Of a DNA stretch of 64,000 nt, positions 1 through 9,169 are shown one piece after another. A program made the position numbers and the translations under genes. The first letter of the stretch is position 1. Each line of letters begins with the position of its first letter. The stretch spans positions 1,664,001 through 1,728,000 of the forward strand of contig OY729426.1 of NCBI GenBank assembly GCA_963422365.1. The letters run 5' to 3'. The notes under the pieces are model-generated. The model made no database searches, had not been told where the DNA came from, and saw nothing but the letters and a program-made list of their open reading frames with translations. The stretch is from Nitrospirales bacterium. Lineage in GTDB: Bacteria; Nitrospirota; Nitrospiria; Nitrospirales; UBA8639.

Positions 1-449
1 TTCGAGAGAATGCCCACCGAGAGATCAAGATATTCCACACGCATCGTTTCATTGATGAGCAGGTGATAGCAGCTGGGATCTCCGCATGGGGTCGCTTGGC
101 CCAGCGCGTGGGGCCGACTCGGGGCGGTTTCGTCTGTCAGCACGGTCCAGTCCCCAGGGTACCCGTGCCCCAACGTATGCGCGGCAAACCCGAGAGGGCG
201 CACGGCCTCTCCGTTGGTTTCAAAGTCCCATTCGGCAACCAGGGGAGGGGTATGCCGTAAGACGGCTCGAGGCAGTTCCTTCAAGGGCTCGCCCTCTTCT
301 GCAAACAGATTAGGCATCCCCGGGCACAGCACACACACAAGGGCTGCAAGGCCGAGGCAGAACGCACGAGCCAGCCTGCCGATCCGCCAAACGCATGCAA
401 AGAAAGGGCGATGGGAAGCCCCAGGCTGCCAGCAATCTGTGTTCTCCAT
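1..449 (-). CDS. Exported protein, possibly concanavalin/DUF1080-like; runs off the left edge of the window
   Basis: Manually translated open frame from ATG 449 to the window edge. Signal-like segment LARAFCLGLAALVCVLCPG is followed by WDFETNGEAVRPLGF...GDWTVLTDETAPSRPHALGQ. Absent from the ORF track because it is truncated. Confidence 0.55.
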   Translation of the reverse strand, partial: MENTDCWQPGASHRPFFACVWRIGRLARAFCLGLAALVCVLCPGMPNLFAEEGEPLKELPRAVLRHTPPLVAEWDFETNGEAVRPLGFAAHTLGHGYPGDWTVLTDETAPSRPHALGQATPCGDPSCYHLLINETMRVEYLDLSVGILS

Positions 450-612
450 AAACGTCACTACCTGAGTCAAAACGTGCCCATGGGGTGCTGCCTGCAGCAT
501 ACAAAAAACTGTCTCCTGCTGCAAGGGTCTTGTGCTCGCTCATTCCATATGAGACAGTGGGGCCGAGACCAATCAGACGGGAATGACGTGAGGCTTGCCT
601 TGCTGCTCTTTT

Positions 613-718
613 GTCATCCACGCAGTTTTTAGCGGGGATCCAGTCATGTGCCGGTCCATGAATTTGTCACAATCAAGGGCTTTCTTGCAACGAGACCCTT
701 CGCGTTGCTCAGGGTGAC
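613..718. repeat. Two GTCA-type REP-like palindromic elements
   Basis: GTCATCCACGCAGTTTTTAGCGGGGATCCAGT at 613-644, and reverse-strand GTCACCCTGAGCAACGCGAAGGGTCTC at 692-718. Related copies at 28907-28939, 29032-29058 and 46316-46470. Confidence 0.6.
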
Positions 719-733
719 CACACGAGGGGTTTC

Positions 734-1474
734 GTGCAGGATGACAGACGGTTGCCGTGGTGGGAGGAAAGGCGGTGTCAAAGATCCGTTCAGGTCGATG
801 AACGCGCGACGTGGTTGGCGTTCATTCCAATCTGTCTGACAGGATTTTTTTATCTTCTCCCTTCCTGGACTCAGCAAAATCTGATCCTTCAATTGTTCCC
901 ACAACTTGCCGGATACGTTGCGCTCGTCATATGGTGGCAATCCAATACCGATACGCTGACCGCTCTGGGACTTTCTCGTGGCTCCCTGAATCAAGGCATC
1001 ATTTGGGGGATAAGCATGGGGTGCGTCTTAGGGGTGGTGAATTCGACAGTGATCCTGTGGATGGTGCCGGTTCTTGGTGGCGACGTTCTGTTTTTGACCG
1101 ACACGCCTCATGCCAAGGTTCCCACGTTCGTCATGATCCCCTGGTTCATTGTCTTGATCGCGGTCGGAGTCGAATTGAATTTTCGAGGATTTCTCCTAGG
1201 CAGACTGGAGCATGTTTGTGGTCAATGGACGTCGACGTCGTCTGCAAACGGTCTCCGGCTTTGTTCTATTGGTGCGATGCTGATTTCCGCATTGGTTTTT
1301 GCGTTCGACCCTTTTCTGGTGATGACGTTTCGGCATCTCCACTGGATCGCTCTATGGGATGGACTCCTTTGGGCAGCGCTCTTTTTGCGATGGCGAAACT
1401 TGGTGACGGTTATTATGGCTCATGCCATTGAGGTGATGATCCTGTATCTCAGCGTTCAAACGGCACTGATGTGA
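734..1474 (+). CDS. CPBP (CAAX/Abi) family intramembrane metalloprotease-like protein
   Basis: Multi-TM protein with VELNFRGFL (a variant of EExxFRG) and a C-terminal MAHAIE motif. Confidence 0.75.
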   Translation: MQDDRRLPWWEERRCQRSVQVDERATWLAFIPICLTGFFYLLPSWTQQNLILQLFPQLAGYVALVIWWQSNTDTLTALGLSRGSLNQGIIWGISMGCVLGVVNSTVILWMVPVLGGDVLFLTDTPHAKVPTFVMIPWFIVLIAVGVELNFRGFLLGRLEHVCGQWTSTSSANGLRLCSIGAMLISALVFAFDPFLVMTFRHLHWIALWDGLLWAALFLRWRNLVTVIMAHAIEVMILYLSVQTALM

Positions 1475-1532
1475 TTTCCGTCAACCGGCTGCGCATTCGG
1501 CGATCGGGTGGAGTGCTGAAAGGAGCCATGCC

Positions 1533-1958
1533 ATGAACGAGATTGTGAAGCCTAGCGTGCAGGCGTTTTTGGTGTGCGACTCGGTGATCCACGACCGGTG
1601 GACCGGAAAGAAGAGTCTCATCGGCACGTTTACGCATTTGTGGGCGCCGCGATTTCCCTGCCAACATCACCAACTGGGGGTCTATTTTTGTTTGACGGAC
1701 GCAGAAGGGCCTTATGAGTTTGAACTTCGGCTCGTGTATTTGGATCAGGATCAACTGATTGGGACAGCCTCATTGTCGTCGGTTGTACTCAAGGATCGTC
1801 TCCAGATCCAGGATTTTGGAGTAAATCTTCCTTCTTTGGTTTTTCCGGGACCAGGCCGGTATGAATTCCGATTGTTGGCGAATGGACACTTCGTGACGCA
1901 AAAAGATTTCAACGTGATTCACCAACCGCCGCCGCTGCACAATCCGGAATCCTTGTAG
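1533..1958 (+). CDS. Conserved hypothetical protein (DUF6941-like)
   Basis: FLVCDSVIHD-TGKKSLIGTF and FPGPGRYEFRL motifs; AAGGAG RBS upstream. Confidence 0.7.
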   Translation: MNEIVKPSVQAFLVCDSVIHDRWTGKKSLIGTFTHLWAPRFPCQHHQLGVYFCLTDAEGPYEFELRLVYLDQDQLIGTASLSSVVLKDRLQIQDFGVNLPSLVFPGPGRYEFRLLANGHFVTQKDFNVIHQPPPLHNPESL

Positions 1959-2345
1959 CCGTGCCCCCCCCCGGGGTTGGCCGTGACGCTCCGGGCTCTT
2001 GCGAGCCTGCCCCCGTCTTCTCTCATGCGGAACGCAGCGAACGAATCTGTAGCGGCGGCATGCCTGCTCGGAGACAAGGCCGGGCGGCATGCGGCTCCCG
2101 GCTGTCATGCCGCCTTGGCAGAGCGGCATTTTCTGTTGCCTGGAAGAGGCGCCTGAGCCTGCCATCGAAGAGCGACGCCCTCTTGGAGAGCTGACGCCTT
2201 CAGCTGACGACGACGAGGCGTCAGCGGCCTTGGCGGGGCAAGCCCGTGCGGTGTGTGGTGGTGAGAGGGCCGCCCCATCCGTTTGCGCCTAGCGGCTTGT
2301 GAGTGAAAGGGAGGCGTTACGTTCAGGGAGAACGAAGAGGGACGG

Positions 2346-2375
2346 TTGACGACCGGGACGGTGATGGGATATAGT
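2346..2375 (+). promoter_or_regulatory. Candidate sigma70 promoter for the autotransporter
   Basis: TTGACG-18 bp-TATAGT, about 130 bp upstream of ATG 2504. Confidence 0.5.
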
Positions 2376-2503
2376 GGTCCGACCTGAAGCAAGTCACCGG
2401 AGGAAAGACCTCATCAGACCAAAGCTAGTCGCCATCAGAACGAGCCAGCCCATCATAGGGTGTGACGGAGAGGGTGGTGACTGAACGTGGACGGAGGGCC
2501 GTG

Positions 2504-5500
2504 ATGAACCGACACCGACACTTTCACCCTGTGAAGAGATTGAACCACGTCCCTGGTCTGCGGGCTCTCACCGCCTCCTTCATCACCCTCCCCCCCCCCC
2601 CCCCCCCCTCCCCCCCCCCCCTGAAATTTCTGTTCGGCACCCTAACTTCTGAACCCCGGCGGTACCTCGCCGCGACCCTCGGCCTGATCCTCTCTCTCAT
2701 CTGTGTCCTGCCGGTCGCCGCACAGACCTCCCCAGGCGTCACGACTTCCCCCCCGGCGGCCCCTGCCGGGCTCACAGTGATTGCGCGCAGTGGCAAAGTC
2801 AAGTTTCGGTGGACCGATCCCAACAATGCTGCCATCACCGGGTATCAGTATAAACGATGGACGGGCAAGACCGAGCCTGCCGGTGGCTGGGTATACTTTG
2901 CCGGTACGTCGAGTGCGACGACGCAGGCCCGCTCGGTACGGGGGCTGACCGACGGCACCGAGTACCATTTTCGCCTTCGGGTGGTGGCCGGCAATGTGAC
3001 GGGGGCGCCGTCCGACGTGATGACCGTGACCCCGGGGCGCACGCCGACCGCGCCTAGCAACAGGCCTGTCGTCACCGCGGTACGTGGCGACGGACAAGTC
3101 ACGTTAAGCTGGGGTCATCCCAATAATGGTGCCATTATCAAATATCAGATCCGGCGGCGGGGCGTGCCGATTGCACACGTCGGGAGTAAACCCGACTGGA
3201 ATGCCTGGAGCGACATTCCGGGCAGCGACAAAGACACCATCCGGCACGTGGTGACCGGGTTACCCGCCGGCGTGAAATACTACTTTCGCCTTCGGGCGGT
3301 GGCCGGTGACTATGTTCATGGGCCGGCGGCCTATGGGCCGGCATCCAGTGTCATCGGGGTCAAGCTGGTCGCGGCGCCAGCGGCACCGCCGCCCAAACCC
3401 ACCGGCCTTGCGAAGGTCATTGGCAACGGCCAAGTGACATTAACCTGGGACAATCCCAACAATCTTGCCATCACCGGGTATCAATATAAATACTGGAGTG
3501 GCACCCCCGAGAGCGGCCGCTGGAGCGAGGTGTCGGGCAGTGACAAAGACACCATCAGCCACGTGGTGACGGGGTTGACCAACGGCACCAAATACCACTT
3601 CCGCCTTCGGGCGCTGGTCGGGCGGGTTGCCGGAGTGAAGTCCCGTTCCACTAGTGCCACACCGGCGGTCCCGCCGGCACAGTTAGCGCCGACTGCAATC
3701 AGTGCGCATGTCGGGTACAGACAAGTCGAGTTGATCTGGCGTGATCCGAGTCTGAGGGATCAGAAGGACACCACCATCACCAAATACCAGATCAAATACT
3801 GGAGCGGCCCGAGCGAGACGGGGGCCTGGCGGGACATTTCCGCCACGATCAACACCAGACACGCCTACTACATCGTGACGGGGCTGACCAACAGCGTGCC
3901 GTACAATTTCCGGCTTCGTGGGTTGACGAACGGGTTTGTGGTGACCGAGTCCAACCGCGTGCAAGCGAGCCCGGTGGCGCCGCCGCCGAACACCCCCGCC
4001 CGCCCTCAGGCGGTGGCCGGCGACGGTGAAATAACGTTAACCTGGGCCAATCCCAACAACCGCGACATCACCGGCTATCAGATTCGGCAATGGACGGGCG
4101 GTGGGGAGCGAGGCAGTTGGAGTGCTTGGAGCGACATCCCGGGCAGCGACAAAGCCACCACCGGCTATACCGTGAGTGGGCTGACCAACGGGGTGAAATA
4201 CAGCTTTCGCATTCGGGCGGTCGCGGGCAGGGTGACGGGGTCGCAGTCCCCCTACACCGCCGTCGTAATCCCCGGGGCCACGCCGAGGGCCGGCAGAGTG
4301 ACGAGAGCGGCGGCGGCCGGGGGGCTCACCGTCATCGGGGCGGACCCGGGCACGCTCGACATCACGGGCGACCGCATCACCGCCACGGTGGGCGGCACGG
4401 GGGTGGGGCTGACGCTGCCGTCTGCACACGGCGTCACCCGGGTCACCTTCTCGAGGCCGCCGCGGGCAGCCGTCCCGGCACCGCAGGCTGGGGTGACCTT
4501 TGGAGCGGCAGCGGCCTACGTGAACGTGGAGCTAGACCCGCCGCTGCCCTCAGCCTCACCGGCCACGGTCTGTCTGCACCGGCCGGCCGGGCTGTCGGGC
4601 CATGCCGCGGTCTATCACCTGGCCGAGCAGGGCCGTGAGTGGGAAGCACTGGCCGGGGCCGGCCCCGAGCATCAGGCCCGGCGACCGGGGGACATCTGCA
4701 GCAGCCTGCGAAGTGGGTCGCCGGTTGTCGTCGGGACCCGAACCGTGGAGGGGGCCACCCACACCCGTGACGCCGACCCCCTGGGCGTCACGTTATCCGA
4801 CACCCGTGTCACGGTCACCGAAGCCAGTGGTGCCGGGCGCACCGCCACCTACACCGTGGGGCTCACGGCCCAGCCGAGTAGCGCTGTCACCATCACCCCG
4901 ACCAGCGGCGAGCCTGGCGTGGCCACCATCACCCCCTCATCCATCACCTTCACCCCCGCCAACTGGGACACGGCCCAGGCCGTCACCGTCACCGGGGTGG
5001 ATGACCGCGTTGATGCGGATCGCCGGACGACCATTACCCATACCGTCACCGGGGGGGGCTATGACGCGGTACGTATCCCCGACGTGGCCGTCACGCTGAC
5101 GGATGACGACACGGTAGCGGCCCGGCTCTTCGGCTTTGCCGGGGACACCCTGACCGTCACCGAGGCCGACGGCGCCATGCACCGCACCTACTACCAAATC
5201 GTCCTGCAAAGCCAGCCGACCGGCGCCGTCACCATCATTCCCACCAGCGGGAAGACCGGCGTAGCCACCGTCACCCCTTCATCCATCACCTTCACCGCTG
5301 ATACCTGGGCCGAGCCACAGAGCCTCGCGGTCACCGGCGTGGACGACCACGTTGATGGGGGAGACCGACGCACCACCATTACCCATACCGTCTCTGGGGG
5401 CGGCTACGACGCGGTGCGCATTCCCGACGTGGCCGTCACGCTGACGGATGACGACGTGGCCGGCATCACCGTTACCGAGACGGATGGCCACACCGTGACC

Positions 5501-7936
5501 ACCGAAGGGGGGAGTCGCGACAGCGTCAGCGTGGTGTTAGACAGCCAGCCCACGGCCGAGGTCACCCTCACCGTCTCGAGTTCCGACGTGAGTGAAGGCA
5601 CTGTTGACACGAGCCGCCTGGTCTTCACCCCCCACAACTGGGCCACCGCGCAGGTGATCACGGTCACCGGGGTGGATGACCGGTTGGATGATGGCGAGCA
5701 GTCGTACAAGATCGAACTGGGTATCGCAGCCAGTCGCGACAGCCACTACAATGGGCTCAAGCCTGATGATGTGGTGGTCACCTCGACGGGCGCGTTCTTC
5801 GTTGAACTCACCGGGGTTGTCCTGGGCACGACCAAGATAGAGGGCTACACCATCACCACACAGGTAGACGGGGCGGGGGTGCAGTTGACGCTGCCGGCCG
5901 GGCACGGGGTGACCAAGGTGGCGTTTGCGGTGCCCCGCGCCCGGCCGGCGGCGCCGGCCGGGGTGACCTTTGGGGCCGAGCCGGCCTCCCTGGAGATCCG
6001 GCTGGACGCGCCGCTCGCCTCAGCGGCCACGGTCTGTCTGCACCGGCCCGCCGGGCTGTCGGGGACGCTGTTTGTGTATCATCTTGCCGATAAGGCCCAG
6101 ACGTGGGAGAAACTGTTGCCCGCAGCGGCGCCCCGCGGGTATGTCTGCGGCGAAACAGGCAGCTTTTCGGTGTTTGTCGTGGGGTCGCCCCTGCCGGTTT
6201 TTGGGGCAGCCTCGATTGAGGACTACAGCTGGACGGTTGGGGAGGCCCTCGGCCGGGTGCGGCTGCCGGCAGCCACGGGGGGCGACGGGCCGATCACCTA
6301 CCGGCTGAGTCCGGCTCTCCCGGCGGGGCTCAGTTTTGAGGCATCGGCACGCACCATCACCGGCACGCCCACGGAGGCGGTGGCGAAGACGCGGTTCACC
6401 TACACGGCCACAGACACCGACGGCCAGACGGGGCAGTTGCACTTCAGGGTGACGGTGCAGGCTGCTGAGGTGACGCACCGTTCCCGGGCGCTCACGGTAG
6501 CCCTCGCGGCGTTCGGGCGGACGGCCGCCACCGAGGCGGTAGACGTAATCGGGCGCCGGTTTGAGGCGGCGCCGGTCACGACGCCGGCGGTCACGGTGGG
6601 GGGCACGGCAGTCCCCGCCCTGGACGTCCGGTCCGTAGCGGGGGTGTTGGGCGGGGTGCTGGGCCTGACGGGAGCGAGCCGGGACTCGGCCGGCCGAGGC
6701 CGAGCGGCCGAGGGCCGGGTGGCCCCGAGCCGGTCCCCGCGACTTGCGGCCACGGACGTGTTTGCGCGCAGCGAGTTTGCCGTGCCGTTGACCAGGACGA
6801 ACGAGGGTGAATTGACAACGGGCTGGACCTTCTGGGGCACGGGGGCAGCCAGCGGCTTTTCCAGTCGGCTCCTGGAGACCGACGGGGCGTTCTACACGGG
6901 CTACGTAGGCCTGGACTACCGGTTTGGGCAGAAGGGGCTGGCGGGCGTCGCGGTGTCGCACAGCGTGGGGGGCCTGGACTACGAGGTCGCGGGGGACTTT
7001 CTCCTGGTCAGCGGCGAGCGAGGGGGCATCCGGGGCGAGGTAGACCTGGCCATGACCAGCGTGCTGCCCTATGTCCACTACACGCCGTCTCCGGGGCTTG
7101 GGCTGTGGGGCCTCGCGGGCGCGGGCGCCGGGGAGCTGGAGGTGCAAGACGCCGCCGGGCGCGTGGAGACGGACGTTCAGTTGCTGCTGGCCGCGGTAGG
7201 CGGGCGGCAGGCGCTGACCACGTGGCACGGGATCGAGGTGGCGGTAAAATCCGATGCGTTTGCCGTGCGGGTGAAAGCGGACGAAGCCGCGGGGCTGGCG
7301 GCGGTGACCGGGGTGGCGCACCGGGCGCGGGTGGCGCTGGCGATGAAGACGGACGTGGCCCTGTCACCAGAGTCGGCCCTGCAGCCCAGTGTGGAGCTGG
7401 GGGGGCGCTGGGACAACGGCGACGCCGAGACGGGGATGGGAGCAGAGCTCAGCGGCGGGGTCGAGTATCAGCAGAGGCGGTGGGGGGTGAGTCTCGCGGC
7501 TCGCGGCCGGTATCTGCTGGCGCATCAGGCAACGGACTTTGAGGCTTGGGGCGGCAGTCTCGCCGTGAAAGTAGGAGAGGGGCTGGGGGGGCAGGGGCTG
7601 TGGGTGGCGTTCGAGCCGACGTGGGGCACCCCAGCCAGCGGCGTGGAGCAGCTGTGGGGCCGTGAGGCCGGGCCGGCCGGCAACGGGGCGCCCGCGGGCG
7701 GGGCCGTGGGCCGGCTGACGGCGGACGTTGGCTATGGGCTGGCCCTGCGCCGGCCCGGGTGGCTGGTCACGCCCTACGGGGGCGTCGCCACCGGGCCGGC
7801 TACCAGCCGGTACCGGCTGGGCGGCCACCTCCAGGTCCACGAGACCATGGCCCTCAGCCTCGAGGGGATACAGCAAACCACCCTTGACAGCGCCACTGAG
7901 CACGGCATCGTGTTCTCCTGGACGGTGGGCTTGTAG
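2504..7936 (+). CDS. Large autotransporter adhesin: 5 FN3 repeats, 2 copies of an uncharacterised ~135-aa domain, 3 Calx-beta-like repeats, putative Ig (He_PIG) domain and C-terminal beta-barrel
   Basis: FN3 motifs (GQVTLTW..ITGYQY..VTGLTNGTKYHFRLRA), Calx-beta-like VTVTGVDD/VTLTDDD repeats, LPAGLSF..RTITGTPT and amphipathic C-terminal strands. ATG 2504 follows GGAGG; the ORF track starts at GTG 2462. Confidence 0.85.
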   Translation: MNRHRHFHPVKRLNHVPGLRALTASFITLPPPPPPSPPPLKFLFGTLTSEPRRYLAATLGLILSLICVLPVAAQTSPGVTTSPPAAPAGLTVIARSGKVKFRWTDPNNAAITGYQYKRWTGKTEPAGGWVYFAGTSSATTQARSVRGLTDGTEYHFRLRVVAGNVTGAPSDVMTVTPGRTPTAPSNRPVVTAVRGDGQVTLSWGHPNNGAIIKYQIRRRGVPIAHVGSKPDWNAWSDIPGSDKDTIRHVVTGLPAGVKYYFRLRAVAGDYVHGPAAYGPASSVIGVKLVAAPAAPPPKPTGLAKVIGNGQVTLTWDNPNNLAITGYQYKYWSGTPESGRWSEVSGSDKDTISHVVTGLTNGTKYHFRLRALVGRVAGVKSRSTSATPAVPPAQLAPTAISAHVGYRQVELIWRDPSLRDQKDTTITKYQIKYWSGPSETGAWRDISATINTRHAYYIVTGLTNSVPYNFRLRGLTNGFVVTESNRVQASPVAPPPNTPARPQAVAGDGEITLTWANPNNRDITGYQIRQWTGGGERGSWSAWSDIPGSDKATTGYTVSGLTNGVKYSFRIRAVAGRVTGSQSPYTAVVIPGATPRAGRVTRAAAAGGLTVIGADPGTLDITGDRITATVGGTGVGLTLPSAHGVTRVTFSRPPRAAVPAPQAGVTFGAAAAYVNVELDPPLPSASPATVCLHRPAGLSGHAAVYHLAEQGREWEALAGAGPEHQARRPGDICSSLRSGSPVVVGTRTVEGATHTRDADPLGVTLSDTRVTVTEASGAGRTATYTVGLTAQPSSAVTITPTSGEPGVATITPSSITFTPANWDTAQAVTVTGVDDRVDADRRTTITHTVTGGGYDAVRIPDVAVTLTDDDTVAARLFGFAGDTLTVTEADGAMHRTYYQIVLQSQPTGAVTIIPTSGKTGVATVTPSSITFTADTWAEPQSLAVTGVDDHVDGGDRRTTITHTVSGGGYDAVRIPDVAVTLTDDDVAGITVTETDGHTVTTEGGSRDSVSVVLDSQPTAEVTLTVSSSDVSEGTVDTSRLVFTPHNWATAQVITVTGVDDRLDDGEQSYKIELGIAASRDSHYNGLKPDDVVVTSTGAFFVELTGVVLGTTKIEGYTITTQVDGAGVQLTLPAGHGVTKVAFAVPRARPAAPAGVTFGAEPASLEIRLDAPLASAATVCLHRPAGLSGTLFVYHLADKAQTWEKLLPAAAPRGYVCGETGSFSVFVVGSPLPVFGAASIEDYSWTVGEALGRVRLPAATGGDGPITYRLSPALPAGLSFEASARTITGTPTEAVAKTRFTYTATDTDGQTGQLHFRVTVQAAEVTHRSRALTVALAAFGRTAATEAVDVIGRRFEAAPVTTPAVTVGGTAVPALDVRSVAGVLGGVLGLTGASRDSAGRGRAAEGRVAPSRSPRLAATDVFARSEFAVPLTRTNEGELTTGWTFWGTGAASGFSSRLLETDGAFYTGYVGLDYRFGQKGLAGVAVSHSVGGLDYEVAGDFLLVSGERGGIRGEVDLAMTSVLPYVHYTPSPGLGLWGLAGAGAGELEVQDAAGRVETDVQLLLAAVGGRQALTTWHGIEVAVKSDAFAVRVKADEAAGLAAVTGVAHRARVALAMKTDVALSPESALQPSVELGGRWDNGDAETGMGAELSGGVEYQQRRWGVSLAARGRYLLAHQATDFEAWGGSLAVKVGEGLGGQGLWVAFEPTWGTPASGVEQLWGREAGPAGNGAPAGGAVGRLTADVGYGLALRRPGWLVTPYGGVATGPATSRYRLGGHLQVHETMALSLEGIQQTTLDSATEHGIVFSWTVGL
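2590..2621 (+). repeat. Homopolymer tract C19-T-C12 in the 5' coding region of the autotransporter
   Basis: Read directly from the sequence; encodes poly-Pro ahead of the signal h-region. Confidence 0.9.
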
Positions 7937-8181
7937 GGAGGGAGGGGCCTCGGCCATCCCCCCCACGGCAAAAGGTCGGCAGACAGCGAGCAGGGCGCCC
8001 CGGCTTTTCAGGCAGGGCTGGACGGGACACAGGGGGGGAATGCTCGAAACGTGCCGGTCTCTAGGGGGTTGCCTTCTTGGGCTTTACACACTACACCAGT
8101 TTATCGTCGCCAAAGAAGACCTCTACTGTCCCTTCCCCCTGCTGCCTTCATCCTTCCACACCCCCCTACCCCGCTGCCGGC

Positions 8182-8210
8182 TTGACGGCCTCGGGGCGAG
8201 AGGGGAGCGT
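8182..8210 (+). promoter_or_regulatory. Candidate promoter for the 8215-8289 structured RNA (degenerate -10)
   Basis: TTGACG (8182-8187), a 17-bp spacer, then GAGCGT (8205-8210). The predicted +1 (~8216) coincides with the first stem. Confidence 0.3.
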
Positions 8211-8214
8211 GTTC

Positions 8215-8289
8215 GTGGCGCCGGAGTCATGTTCGTCATGACCTGATCCTTCGGGGCAGCGCGGGTGGCTGCGGCCCGCCCGGCGCCAC
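8215..8289 (+). ncRNA. Putative tRNA-like four-way-junction RNA adjacent to the PBECR2 nuclease gene
   Basis: 10-bp closing stem GTGGCGCCGG/CCGGCGCCAC encloses three arms: GTCATG-TTCGT-CATGAC, CTGATCC-TTCG-GGGCAG (cUUCGg tetraloop) and GCGGG-N9-CCCGC stacked directly on the closing stem. Confidence 0.5.
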
Positions 8290-8968
8290 CTATACCCCGC
8301 CCACCCGCTTCAACATCCGCCGTCCCTGCTCCACCTGGTGCCGCCGAGCCCGCGTGTAGCTCACCGGATACGTTTCCCGCCCGTCTGTTGTGCGTTTAAT
8401 CACGGCGCACCACCAGCGGCTATCCTCTGCCACGAAGCCCCCGAGCACTCCCGGGCGCTCGGCCGACTGGAACACGGCCCCCACGTCGAGTACGTGCTGC
8501 AGGCGCTGATAATCCCGGGGTGTCACGTCGGAATGCCGTTCGGCTTTGTTTGGCCGCGGTCCAGGCCGAGAGGCGCACGGTGGGCGAGGTCGCGCCGAGG
8601 GCGGTGGCCACTGACTCGGGCAGCCGGGCGACAGGCTGCGCTCCGGGGATCGGCTGCCGGAGGAACGCGGCAAACGCCGGGCTCGCCAGCCCCGGGGCCG
8701 TCACCGCGTGCGCGGTTGCGGGCGGCTGCGCCTCCAGCTGTTCGACGAGGCGCGAGGCGGCGTCTTGCGCACGTCAGGCCCCGGCCGCAGCCCGGCCCAC
8801 GTGGGACGCCCAGCCGGGATCAATCCCCACGGGCACCAGGCAGACTTGCCCGGTGCCCGTGTTGCGCAGGGCGTGGTCACGACACGGCGCACGCGCGAGA
8901 CCGACCAGCCACGCCGCGCCAGCTCGGCAGCGGAGAGTGGCACCACACGGCACCGCCACCTTGGGCAC
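8290..8968 (-). pseudogene. Frameshifted 3' remnant of a phage Mu gpF-like minor head protein with a C-terminal PBECR2-type nuclease domain
   Basis: Collinear pieces across several frame switches: WRCRVVPLSAAELARRG / RNTGTGQVCLVPVGIDPGWASHVG / PVARLPESVATALGATSPTVRLSAWTAAKQ / RHSDVTPRDYQRLQHVLDVG...WWCAVIKRTTDGRETYPVSY. Confidence 0.7.
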
Positions 8969-9169
8969 CTTCCGAAATCTCCGACAATCGCATCTCCGTC
9001 TACGACGCAGCCTGGTGCGCGTCCGCGCGACCTCACCTCACCCCCTCCTGCCCCGCCCCTGCACCCCCATGGCAGCCCCCATGCCCCGCCCATTCCCCAC
9101 CACCGATTGCCCCTCCAAACCCAAGAGAAATTTCTAGACCCCTCGCAATTCTTTTCGTCCGGATCCACC

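Noticed and set aside
2190..2225. Hairpin GCTGACGCCT...AGGCGTCAGC upstream of the adhesin promoter
   Set aside because: A single 10-bp inverted repeat in very GC-rich DNA, with no U-tract or second copy; insufficient evidence for function.
2750..5460. Repeats in the adhesin as diversity-generating retroelement TR/VR pairs
   Set aside because: No reverse transcriptase is present and differences are not adenine-specific; these are ordinary in-frame domain duplications.
8215..8289. Calling the structured element a functional tRNA or an intrinsic terminator
   Set aside because: It lacks canonical D-loop, anticodon loop, T-loop and intact CCA, and neither strand has a U-tract after the stem. Kept as a tRNA-like RNA candidate instead.
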